Origin: a virus
Lineage: Duplodnaviria > Heunggongvirae > Uroviricota > Caudoviricetes
Reading direction: 5' to 3' (one strand)
Length of the DNA: 11,469 nt
IMG/VR virus record: IMGVR_UViG_2671180609_000014
Each line of letters starts with the position of its first letter. Positions within the stretch are counted from its first letter, which is position 1. Of this stretch, positions 1-7,205 are shown piece after piece. Position numbers and translations under genes: made by a program. Under the pieces are notes generated by a model. That model saw only the letters and a list, made by a program, of their open reading frames with translations. It was not told the origin of the DNA and did not search any database.

Positions 1-980
1 GGGGTGCCATTAGCACGCCAGTTGTAATCCACAGAATCCCGGGCTTTTTTAAATGCAACGGTTAATGTTGCTGGCTTAACCATCCCGCCGCGCTTAGCTG
101 TCCCTTTCGCGTGATGGTGGTGCAATAGCCACGGACTAAGAACGCAATCGCGGCAGGATGACACCACATCATCCAGGGTGAGATTTAATTTATCGCAACG
201 CAGAGCCAGAGGGATGGCAATCCGGGTTCCTGTTTTTTGCTGTTCGACATGAAGATAACCATCCCGGATATCCGAAAATTGCATTTTGCAAATATCTGAA
301 AGGCGCTGGCCTGTCATCAGTGCCAGCAGCATACCGCGCTGTAAAAAGTAACCATCCTTTTCCGCTGCGTTATAAATCATCATCCACTCATCAAAAGTCA
401 GTCGCTGTCTTGATATCCGCACCTGCGGTTTTTTTGCCGATTCTGCAGGGTTAAAGCCTGGCGGGACATCGCCCGTTTGCTGAGCTTCCCGGAAAACATC
501 GATCAGTACTTTCCTGAAAATTTGTCCCATTCTGTTATGTCCTCTGGCCTTGTACTCTTCCAGTACTGATACCACATCTTTTACGGTTATGGCATCTAAC
601 GGTCTGGTGCCAAAACGTTCATCAAATACCCTGAGAGGGGCCGCTTTCTGTTTCAGCGTGTTGAGTTTGATCTCGCCGTTTTCATATCTTTCCTGTTGAA
701 TTTTTCTGTAATTATTCAGAAAAATGGTAACGGTTGATGAACCGCCGGTATCACTAATAATTTTCTCCTGCAGACTGAGCATTTGTTCCATTTGCTGCCG
801 GGCAAGACGGCTGTTCGCTTCTGCTGCAATAGTTTCTGCCAGTTTCTGGTCAATACTGCCGAGACCGTGATTTTTGCCTGTTATGGGATGCCTGTAACGC
901 CAGTAAACTTTGTTATTTCTTTTGTCAAAATACGGAGATAATCCCGGAACATCGGTTTTATATTTTCGCGGGCGCGCCAT
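1..980 (-). CDS. int: Tyrosine integrase, lambda Int family (C-terminus beyond window edge)
   Basis: Minus-strand frame is open from ATG at 980-978 to position 1. Translation starts MARPRKYKTDVPGLSPYFDKRNNKVYWRYRHPITGKNHGLG (compare lambda Int MGRRRSHERRDLPPNLYIRNNGYYCYRDPRTGKEFGLG) and later contains QRLSDICKMQFSDIRDGYLHVEQQKTGTRIAIPLAL, matching the lambda Int core region QRVGDLCEMKWSDIVDGYLYVEQSKTGVKIAIPTAL. The His/Tyr catalytic motifs lie left of position 1. Confidence 0.9.
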   Translation of the reverse strand, partial: MARPRKYKTDVPGLSPYFDKRNNKVYWRYRHPITGKNHGLGSIDQKLAETIAAEANSRLARQQMEQMLSLQEKIISDTGGSSTVTIFLNNYRKIQQERYENGEIKLNTLKQKAAPLRVFDERFGTRPLDAITVKDVVSVLEEYKARGHNRMGQIFRKVLIDVFREAQQTGDVPPGFNPAESAKKPQVRISRQRLTFDEWMMIYNAAEKDGYFLQRGMLLALMTGQRLSDICKMQFSDIRDGYLHVEQQKTGTRIAIPLALRCDKLNLTLDDVVSSCRDCVLSPWLLHHHHAKGTAKRGGMVKPATLTVAFKKARDSVDYNWRANGT

Positions 981-1146
981 CTTCCAGTATCCTCTTCAAA
1001 GCAGGGTGATCTGTGGCGATCACCTCCGGCTTGTTTACCATTCCGACAAAGCGAGCTTGCGGATCCACTCGCCAGCGTCTTCCAACTTTTTTGGGGAGAG
1101 GAAATATCATTCCGGCTTTAGCGTATTTACTTAACGTACTCGGAGT
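958..1146 (-). CDS. xis: Excisionase (Xis-like); N-terminus lost in the N-run
   Basis: Minus-strand frame reads ...TLSKYAKAGMIFPLPKKVGRRWRVDPQARFVGMVNKPEVIATDHPALKRILEDGAPAKI with stop TAA at 960-958, overlapping the int start by 23 nt as xis/int do in lambda. The IFPLPKKVGRRWRV stretch resembles the lambda Xis wing IFPPPVKDGREYLF. The frame is open into the N-run, so the start codon is not visible. Confidence 0.7.
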   Translation of the reverse strand, partial: TPSTLSKYAKAGMIFPLPKKVGRRWRVDPQARFVGMVNKPEVIATDHPALKRILEDGAPAKI

Positions 1147-1250
1147 NNNNNNNNNNNNNNNNNNNNNNNNNNNNNNNNNNNNNNNNNNNNNNNNNNNNNN
1201 NNNNNNNNNNNNNNNNNNNNNNNNNNNNNNNNNNNNNNNNNNNNNNNNNN
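1147..1250. other. Run of 104 N (assembly gap or masked sequence)
   Basis: Positions 1147-1250 are all n. The run separates the 3' end of the exonuclease gene from the 5' end of xis; the true length of the missing sequence is unknown. Confidence 1.
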
Positions 1251-3437
1251 TTCGTCGATAAATTCCCGCAATTGTAATAGTGCATCATCTAACGGGATTT
1301 CATCGGTCATAATGGCAGATTGCGCTTCGCGTGATTGCTTAAGCCACCATTTAATGGTGTCCCGATCAATGACCCCGCCAGCAGTTTCCAGATCGATAGT
1401 CTTACTAAATTCCGGTCCCATATCTCCGGTTTGCGGATCGAAAAATATTGCACCTATTGAGATGATCGGGGCATCAGGATTTTTTCCCATGGTTTCAAGG
1501 TCGATCATTAGATGGTCACACGTCCTGCTGGTGGATGTGATTTCTTGATGACCGTTCACCTTAATTGAGTGATCTGCCGTCTCGCCAGTTTCATTATCGC
1601 TATCGTGATGCTGATTGCCGTCAGTGTTCTCCTTGTGTGGATGTTCAGCGCCTTCCATTTCCTCCGGATCATCTTCCTGAACTTCAACCTGATACTCTTC
1701 ATCGAATGTTTCCTGGTATGTTGCGTCGCCCATCACCGCGCCACAATCAGGGCAGTTGCCGCCGCCGGTCTGACCGCAGGCGGTGCAGACTTTTTCCGGT
1801 TCCTGTTGCGCTACTGGCTCAGGTTGTTTCGTTTCTGGCTCGTTTTGTTGCGTATTTGGGCTGTTTTGTTCCGCTTTCTGGTCGTTCTGTTCCGTTTCTT
1901 GCTGGTTCTGGTTCACAGAATCGCGGGTTTCAATCCCCTTCACCCATTTCGGATCATTCGGGTCGCTAATCCCTGCAACAAATTCACCACGTGATGCGGC
2001 GAGCAACTGATTGGCGTCAGGCTGGCTGATATTGGCTGCCTGCATAATTTTCTTTACTTCGTCAGCGGTAACTTTTACCGGTTCTGGTTGTTCAGAATTT
2101 TGTGCGGTATTTGCATTTTGCGGTAAGCCTGTGTATGTGCCATTTTTTCGGGCAAAATATTCTTCTTTTGTGATTTCAGTAGCCCCGGCAGCCAGCGCCT
2201 TATCCAGACCAGAAAGTTTGTTTGCGCGACCGTATTTTTCGCCATCCTTGTCGGTGAAGAGGAAGTAGAACGGCCCCTCACGCTCTACAGATGGTTCGAC
2301 TTCCACTTTGCATTCGGTTTTTTCGTTGTCCGGAATTGCCGTTTCCACTGCATCAGTTTCTGGTACTGGCGACGAGAGAGTGTCAGTTGCGCTCTGATTT
2401 GTTCCTTCATCTTCAAACACGCCCTTTGTAGTCAGGTATTCAGTAATGTATTTGTTCAGTGCCACAGGGTCTTTGTGAATGTCGATCGGACGTTCACGGA
2501 CAAGGCCAAAAATAGTCTGGCGGTCGTAGCGAAGGGCATCAGGCTGTTTGCGCATTGATGCCGAGATACGCTTCCAGTCTTCGCGGTCGTTGTCGATAAC
2601 TTCATTTTTTGCCCAGCGATGGATGCTGCCGTCAATGTTTCCGGCATCCACATCACCAGGCCAGAGAGCGTAGGCCAGTTCGTCATCCAGTGTTTTCCAT
2701 GTCTGCTTATATTCGCGACGAATGACTGCAGTGACAGGGGGGATTTTTTCTGCTGAGTTTTCAGTGTGCTGTCGGTGGACTCTGGCGCGGGCGAGATCAA
2801 CAACAGACGTGTATTTTCCGGTTTCCTTGCGTTCACCTTCGCGACGTTTTTTCCAGATGCGCATTTCTGCCTGAATTTCGGGCCATTTGGCACCAGGCTT
2901 ACATTTATGCTTAACCCACCCGATGGCATGCAGCTTAAGCTCCGGATACATGGCGTTAACTTCTGGCATTTTCATCAACGCTTCAACGATATGTCCGTCG
3001 AATGTTGCCATGTCTTCCTGCAACAATTCCTGCGCGCTAATCACCATATCAACGGTGATGTTTTCACATGTGTCGAACTTAACCATGACAGCGTTCTGTA
3101 CTTCAGGGGCCAGCTTGTCAAAAGCGACGTTCATCGGATCGGATTCAGTCTCAACCGGGACAAAGGAAGCAGCCCCCTCATCCCAGCGGTTTTCCTGCAT
3201 ATATTCAGCATCCCAGGAATCGAGGGCAGGGCGGGGTATACCGGGTTTATCCTCGCAAACAAGAAATTTATAAGCGCAGTCCTGAGCAGCCGGATAATGC
3301 TCCAGGAATTGCCAGTGAAATTTTGCGCGGGCGCGACGTTCATCACCGGCTTCAATGGCAGTGGCTACAGCGACTGCACCTTCTTCCTTTATTGCCTGTT
3401 CGTCCGGAATGGCGGCGCAAATAAAGACTTTACTCAT
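1251..3437 (-). CDS. Large RecE-like prophage exonuclease: unknown N-terminal domain, Q/E/P-rich linker with C4 zinc ribbon, C-terminal DnaQ-like (DEDD) exonuclease motif; 3' end truncated by the N-run
   Basis: ATG at 3437 preceded by GAGG 9 nt upstream, and at least 729 codons are open before the N-run. Residues about 478-605 (LLAASRGEFVAGISDPNDPKWVKGIETRD ... CTACGQTGGGNCPDCGAVMGDATYQETFDEE ... EEMEGAEHPHKEN) match, from memory, the central region of E. coli RecE. Residues about 640-729 (CDHLMIDLETMGKNPDAPIISIGAIFFD...) carry the Exo I DxE motif of DEDD 3'-5' exonucleases. The track's terminal LRVR after the X residues is an artefact of reading through the N-run. Confidence 0.8.
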
Positions 3438-3529
3438 TTTGTTTTACCTCATTACAGATTTAAGGGTGAACAAATCCCTGCCATTGCTGGCATATAAGAA
3501 TGAAATCGGATGTTTATTACGGAACTGTT

Positions 3530-3721
3530 TTAAAGACCTGCCGGGATTTCGTTATTATCCTGGTGAATAACTTTATCGACAGGGTAACAGTTACCGGGAA
3601 TTTTCTGTTCGGTTGCTGCAGTCACACACTCCTGCATTGTCCTGTGAACACTGACTGCAATATCAACTGGCTCTCCGGAAACAAGAAAAACTGTCAGAAC
3701 AAGTGCAAATGCTGTATTCAT
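3530..3721 (-). CDS. ydfD: YdfD-like small membrane/lysis protein (63 aa)
   Basis: MNTAFALVLTVFLVSGEPVDIAVSVHRTMQECVTAATEQKIPGNCYPVDKVIHQDNNEIPAGL has an N-terminal hydrophobic segment. Its ATG (3721-3719) overlaps the dicB stop (3720-3718) in an ATGA arrangement. Position and size match ydfD of the K-12 Qin dicB operon. The track ORF starts 18 codons further upstream, but the ATGA-coupled start is preferred. Confidence 0.65.
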   Translation of the reverse strand: MNTAFALVLTVFLVSGEPVDIAVSVHRTMQECVTAATEQKIPGNCYPVDKVIHQDNNEIPAGL

Positions 3722-3906
3722 TGCCAGCATCCTTTTTGTATCGGACGTAAACGGGCCAGCATTGAAAGAATGCATATTTTATTTAATAACTCCCGTTCGT
3801 GTTTTCTCTTGTTAATGGCATCTTCAGTAAATACAGGGTTACTGATAGTGACACCAATTTCAAAACAACCTTCAGACGTATTAACGTTTGGTAATAACGT
3901 TTCCAT
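3718..3906 (-). CDS. dicB: Cell-division inhibitor DicB (62 aa)
   Basis: METLLPNVNTSEGCFEIGVTISNPVFTEDAINKRKHERELLNKICILSMLARLRPIQKGCWQ is near-identical to my recollection of K-12 DicB. ATG at 3906 is preceded by GAGGA 9 nt upstream. It sits downstream of DicF on the same strand, as in Qin. Confidence 0.9.
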   Translation of the reverse strand: METLLPNVNTSEGCFEIGVTISNPVFTEDAINKRKHERELLNKICILSMLARLRPIQKGCWQ

Positions 3907-4075
3907 TATCGCGTCCTCAACAATGAATTTTGTGATGCGGTGCCTGGTGCCTCCAGGTGACGTTAACCAGTTAACAATTAACGCCGGATACAGAGAATCC
4001 ACCCATAACACTGTTTTTAGCTTTAACTGTTCCGCGTGCGCTTAGCCGCATTCACTGCATCACAAAATTCACTTT

Positions 4076-4131
4076 AAAAAGGGCGGACATCAGTTCATGG
4101 GCAAACAGATGCCGCCAAACGTCACCAGAAA
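4076..4131 (-). ncRNA. dicF: DicF small RNA with intrinsic terminator
   Basis: Minus-strand sequence UUUCUGGUGACGUUUGGCGGCAUCUGUUUGCCCAUGAACUGAUGUCCGCCCUUUUU carries the DicF 5' seed (UUUCUGGUGACGUUUGGCGG) and a GGCGG/CCGCC stem followed by a U-run. It lies immediately upstream of dicB. Mature ends are produced by processing, so coordinates are approximate. Confidence 0.75.
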
Positions 4132-4464
4132 ATTGATAACAGAGGGCGTTGCAGCGGGGTTGTCACTTAAGCGTATGGTCAACCTGACAACCCGGTGTCC
4201 TCAACGGGGAAGGAATAACCCCGCCATACTTACCGCTGCGCCATTTCGCGGAGTGCCACAACCGGAAGCGCACGGTCGACGAAAATTTAACGACAGGCTA
4301 TCTATGAACCAGCAACCTCGCCGTGCGCTTTCGCGTTATGCTCTGACTTTTCAGAGAAATATCCTTTCAGTAAACTGTCAGTGCCGGATGTTCACCCGTG
4401 TCCGGCGCACGCACTCCACTTCACCCGTGGAGAACTCCTTAATTACCAACCCTCAGGAGGGTGA

Positions 4465-4698
4465 ATGTTAAAATCAACTCTTATTGCTAAATGCCTTTAT
4501 CAAAATCGCATGGTAAGCAGCATTTCAATAGGCGAGTCTGCAGTTAAAAGTATTTTCGAAGAGTACTTTCCCGGGCATGATTTTAATAAATGGAATACCA
4601 AATTACCGCCAGCAGTTTCAACGCGTATTCTGAAAGCAACCGAAAGAGCAAGTACAATTCGCGTTAACTATTTCATTAAAGATTTGTGGGATCTTTGA
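4465..4698 (+). CDS. Hypothetical protein, 77 aa, convergent with and overlapping the 135-aa gene
   Basis: ATG at 4465 with AGGAGG 5 nt upstream; 77 sense codons in AT-rich DNA where chance ORFs are short. Product MLKSTLIAKCLYQNRMVSSISIGESAVKSIFEEYFPGHDFNKWNTKLPPAVSTRILKATERASTIRVNYFIKDLWDL has no motif I recognise. The SD could instead be part of a hairpin in the minus-strand transcript. Confidence 0.4.
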   Translation: MLKSTLIAKCLYQNRMVSSISIGESAVKSIFEEYFPGHDFNKWNTKLPPAVSTRILKATERASTIRVNYFIKDLWDL

Positions 4699-5083
4699 TA
4701 TCCACAGAGCCTAAAGTATGTGCATATGGATGTGCTATTATGCGCCCTCGCAGATTTGCATCATTTTCTAAATTCACTGAACGAAACAGGGCATCAACAA
4801 GGCTCTGTACAATGCAAAGGCAATCGAAGACTGTCGCCGTTTCTGTTTTGATTGATGAAAGAACATGGCCATTCACGCAAACAGAAATTACCCGTTTATT
4901 AACATCGCTTTCCTGCTTTTGATTATCAGAACCATATAGCCCAGAAAAAGCATTGCGCACATTACGAACCATATTATCGATGGTTTCTTTTTCTGCGGTA
5001 CTAAGGTCAAGAGTAGCCAGTTGTGAACGAACTATATTCGATGCCATTTCCTGTAATGGCGTTGGTAAATCTTTAAATTCCAT
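4676..5083 (-). CDS. Hypothetical protein, 135 aa (moron candidate in the dicB operon)
   Basis: ATG at 5083 preceded by GAGG about 8 nt upstream, and it starts 22 nt downstream of the 72-aa gene on the same strand. The ORF lies in an AT-rich stretch (about 4440-5100). Product MEFKDLPTPLQEMASNIVRSQLATLDLSTAEKETIDNMVRNV... is soluble and has no recognisable motif. Confidence 0.65.
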   Translation of the reverse strand: MEFKDLPTPLQEMASNIVRSQLATLDLSTAEKETIDNMVRNVRNAFSGLYGSDNQKQESDVNKRVISVCVNGHVLSSIKTETATVFDCLCIVQSLVDALFRSVNLENDANLRGRIIAHPYAHTLGSVDIKDPTNL

Positions 5084-5105
5084 TATTAGCCTCGTTGGTT
5101 AGCTA

Positions 5106-5324
5106 TTAACGTGGGTATGTAATCATTCTGGCAATGCTTAATGCCGCTGCTTTTTCCAGATTGGTGATATCCTGCTCCAGAGCGGACAGATTTTCAGCCT
5201 GCTTAGCCCTGGCTTCATTGGCCCATTTCAGGTCCTGCACCGCCTTAATTTTCTGGTGCATCCACTCATAAAGTTCATCATCGGTATAGTCTGGCGCGAT
5301 GATGACGGGGTCTCGTTTCTGCAT
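5106..5324 (-). CDS. Small hypothetical protein, 72 aa (positional counterpart of ydfC)
   Basis: ATG at 5324 with AAGGAG 6 nt upstream. Product MQKRDPVIIAPDYTDDELYEWMHQKIKAVQDLKWANEARAKQAENLSALEQDITNLEKAAALSIARMITYPR is charged and predicted helical. Size and position match ydfC of Qin, but I do not recognise the sequence itself. Confidence 0.6.
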   Translation of the reverse strand: MQKRDPVIIAPDYTDDELYEWMHQKIKAVQDLKWANEARAKQAENLSALEQDITNLEKAAALSIARMITYPR

Positions 5325-5396
5325 GTCGGCTCCTTGTGGTTAGCGTTGCCTGCTTTTTAACCACGTCAGGCGAGGTGGTATCCTCTGAGGGGTCTG

Positions 5397-5696
5397 TTAC
5401 TCGAGAGGAAATTGGTTATGAATACAATCAAGTTTTCTTGCCCAGAATGTGGTGGCTAAGTCTTTGACACATCCTTTAAGCCGCAGGGCTCTGACAGTTT
5501 CGCGGGAGCCATCTGCAAAAATTGTGGTCACCTTGTAACTGAAGATGAGTCCTCGCAGTTCGATGACGAAATCGTTGACAATATCTTCGGTGCACTCACC
5601 AGAGACTTTCTGAAGTAAAGGCGCATACCGCTTAGTTACCGCTCTGATAACTCTTACCTGTCCGGCAATGGCGCTGATATCAATATAAAGCGCCAT
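5397..5696 (-). CDS. Hypothetical protein, 99 aa (first ORF of the dicB operon; coding strand uncertain)
   Basis: Co-directional with the dicB operon and downstream of the putative promoter/operator. It has a weak RBS, and a protein-like zinc-ribbon frame with a better RBS exists on the opposite strand (see findings), so the coding strand is unresolved. Confidence 0.4.
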   Translation of the reverse strand: MALYIDISAIAGQVRVIRAVTKRYAPLLQKVSGECTEDIVNDFVIELRGLIFSYKVTTIFADGSRETVRALRLKGCVKDLATTFWARKLDCIHNQFPLE

Positions 5697-5829
5697 CGCT
5701 GTTTCTTTGCTGATCCCTGGACGCCTTCCATTCTGATGTTTGACTCGCCCACTGAGAAATCCTCTGCTTCCCCTTAACGCCGGGTAGCGGAACTGTTTGC
5801 TGAGAACACCGTGCGGTGTCTTGATGAGT

Positions 5830-5890
5830 AGAATTTAGAATAGCCTAAGAGTTATGGTCAAGCTTTTTGTGTAGAAAAACCTAAGCTTCT
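5830..5890 (-). promoter_or_regulatory. Putative early-left promoter with repressor operator repeats (OL-like)
   Basis: Minus strand carries CTTAGGTTTTTCTAC (5885-5871) and CTTAGGCTATTCTAAATTCTAC (5849-5828), matching CTTAGGTTTCTCTAC in the dicA-dicC intergenic region. A TTGACC (-35-like), 17-nt spacer and CTAAAT/TAAATT (-10-like) overlap the second repeat. Confidence 0.45.
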
Positions 5891-5958
5891 TGATGTAAAA
5901 AACACAAGTATTTGAAAGTTTGTGCTTTTTATTACAGAGAGTTGCGAAAAAAGGGGGG

Positions 5959-6366
5959 TTATTTATTTGCGCTTCTTTTGCGAGCTTTGAGTAGTTCTTC
6001 AAAAAGTTTGTTGAAATTCTCAACTCGAGCACGCATCTCTGACAACAGAGCCTTTTGCTCTGACTCAGGCAGTGCGTCGAACAGTTGAAGCAACTCTTTT
6101 TGATCTTCTGTCAGATTGACTGGCTGATTATCTGGGATCGGTTCGCCTGGTTGCTTATCTTCATCTCCAAAAAGAAGCCAAGTCGGCGAGCACTGAAGCG
6201 CCTGGCTCAGTGCGAATAATCTCTTCCCCGCTGGCTGTGTTTCATCTCTTTCCCATTGAGAAATTGTTACGTGAGCCACTTTGACCAGCTTACCTAATGC
6301 GGCCTGAGACAGTTTTAATTTTTTTCGCCTGTATAAGAGGCGAGCACCGAAGGTTTCGTTTTTCAT
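5959..6366 (-). CDS. dicA: DicA-like HTH (XRE family) prophage repressor, 135 aa
   Basis: MKNETFGARLLYRRKKLKLSQAALGKLVKVAHVTISQWERDETQPAGKRLFALSQALQCSPTWLLFGDEDKQP...ALPESEQ...MRARVENFNKLFEELLKARKRSANK has the same length as K-12 DicA and matches my recollection of it closely. It is divergent from a DicC-like gene and upstream of ydfC-DicF-dicB. Confidence 0.9.
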   Translation of the reverse strand: MKNETFGARLLYRRKKLKLSQAALGKLVKVAHVTISQWERDETQPAGKRLFALSQALQCSPTWLLFGDEDKQPGEPIPDNQPVNLTEDQKELLQLFDALPESEQKALLSEMRARVENFNKLFEELLKARKRSANK

Positions 6367-6442
6367 ATTAGGTAATTCTAATTTTTCTTGACTTAGGTTT
6401 CTCTACGATCTAGTTTCCTTAGGAAAATCTAAGGGTTTCGAT
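6367..6442. promoter_or_regulatory. Divergent dicA/dicC promoter-operator region (OR-like)
   Basis: 76-bp intergenic region containing CTTAGGTTTCTCTAC (6392-6406) and the palindrome CCTTAG-gaaaat-CTAAGG (6417-6434). A rightward TTGACT (6388-6393), 17-nt spacer and TAGTTT (6411-6416) could serve the dicC-like gene. Confidence 0.6.
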
Positions 6443-6670
6443 ATGTTGAAAATTGATGCTATAGCGTTTTTTGGCAGCAAAACAAAGCTTGCCAATGTCG
6501 CAGGAGTTAGGCTGGCAAGCGTTGCTGCATGGGGGGAACTGGTTCCTGAAGGTCGCGCGATGCGCCTGCAAGAGGCATCCGGCGGGGAACTTCAGTACGA
6601 CCCCAAAGTTTATGACGAATATCGTAAGGCAAAGCGGGCGGGGCGGTTGAACAATGAAAATCACCACTGA
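6443..6670 (+). CDS. dicC: DicC-like (Cro-position) small regulator, 75 aa
   Basis: Divergent from the dicA-like gene, with ATG 76 bp from the dicA start. Size matches DicC (76 aa), and MLKIDAIAFFGSKTKLANVAGVRLASVAAWGELVPEGRAMRLQEASGGELQYDPKVY... agrees with my imperfect recollection of DicC. Confidence 0.7.
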   Translation: MLKIDAIAFFGSKTKLANVAGVRLASVAAWGELVPEGRAMRLQEASGGELQYDPKVYDEYRKAKRAGRLNNENHH

Positions 6671-7205
6671 ACAGGTTTGTGAGGCTCTGGATACCTGGGT
6701 ATGCCGACCAGGAATGACACAGGAGCAGGCGACGATATTAATCACGGAAGCATTCTGGGCTCTGAAAGAACGCCCGAACATCGATGTTCAACGCGTCACG
6801 TTTAATGATGGCGAGGTTGATCAACGGGCGCTGGGCGTTAACCGGGTGAAGATATTCGAACGCTGGAAAGCTATCGACACCAGAGATAAGCGTGACAAAT
6901 TCACGGCGCTGATTCCGGCAATTATGGAGGCTATCCGGATCAGCGATTTCAGATTGTATTGTGAAATTACTGACGGAAAAAGCATTACGTACATGATCGC
7001 CGGGTTAAACAAAGAATATGGCGATGTGGTGGAGTCCGGGCTGCTTTTTGCGGATCCAGTTGTTGTGGAACGTGAGACTGACGAGCTTATAGAAAAAGCT
7101 ATTGCTTTCAAGCACGCGTATCGTCAGCAATACCAATATTACTTTGCAGATAAACAAATGTCTGCCAGGGGGGCGTATGAGTATCGATGCACTACGATGG
7201 GCTAA
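6654..7205 (+). CDS. CII-position protein, 183 aa (possibly YdaT-like; unverified)
   Basis: ATG at 6654 overlaps the last 17 nt of the dicC-like gene, and the ORF ends 29 nt inside the replication gene. Product MKITTEQVCEALDTWVCRPGMTQEQATILITEAFWALKERPNIDVQRV... contains RWKAIDTRDKRDKFTALIPAIMEAI, which I tentatively associate with the Rac YdaT family. Confidence 0.55.
   Translation: MKITTEQVCEALDTWVCRPGMTQEQATILITEAFWALKERPNIDVQRVTFNDGEVDQRALGVNRVKIFERWKAIDTRDKRDKFTALIPAIMEAIRISDFRLYCEITDGKSITYMIAGLNKEYGDVVESGLLFADPVVVERETDELIEKAIAFKHAYRQQYQYYFADKQMSARGAYEYRCTTMG

Noticed and set aside
910-1261. Plus-strand ORFs 910-1134 and 1013-1261
   Set aside because: They are antisense to the well-supported xis and int frames, have no RBS, and the second runs into the N-run.
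1312-3497. Plus-strand ORFs inside the exonuclease gene (1312-1548, 1565-1969, 1569-1994, 1783-2010, 2011-2268, 2766-3497, 2887-3273) and minus-strand ORFs 2075-2281, 2456-2929, 3131-3355
   Set aside because: Shadow or alternative-frame ORFs fully inside a 729-codon gene with clear homology; their products are low-complexity or Cys/Arg-rich, typical of non-coding frames.
3906-4011. N-terminal extension of the dicB ORF to a GTG at 4011
   Set aside because: DicB homology starts at the ATG at 3906, which has its own RBS; the extension would run into the DicF terminator.
3500-4045. Plus-strand 181-aa ORF
   Set aside because: Antisense to ydfD and dicB; Cys-rich, implausible product with no RBS.
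4097-4471. Plus-strand 124-aa ORF
   Set aside because: Overlaps DicF and its structured precursor region on the opposite strand; Arg/Pro-rich product with no RBS. More likely the antisense of structured RNA.
5835-6781. Minus-strand ORFs 5835-6032 and 6419-6781
   Set aside because: They overlap the dicA-like and dicC-like genes in other frames and cross the operator region; no support.
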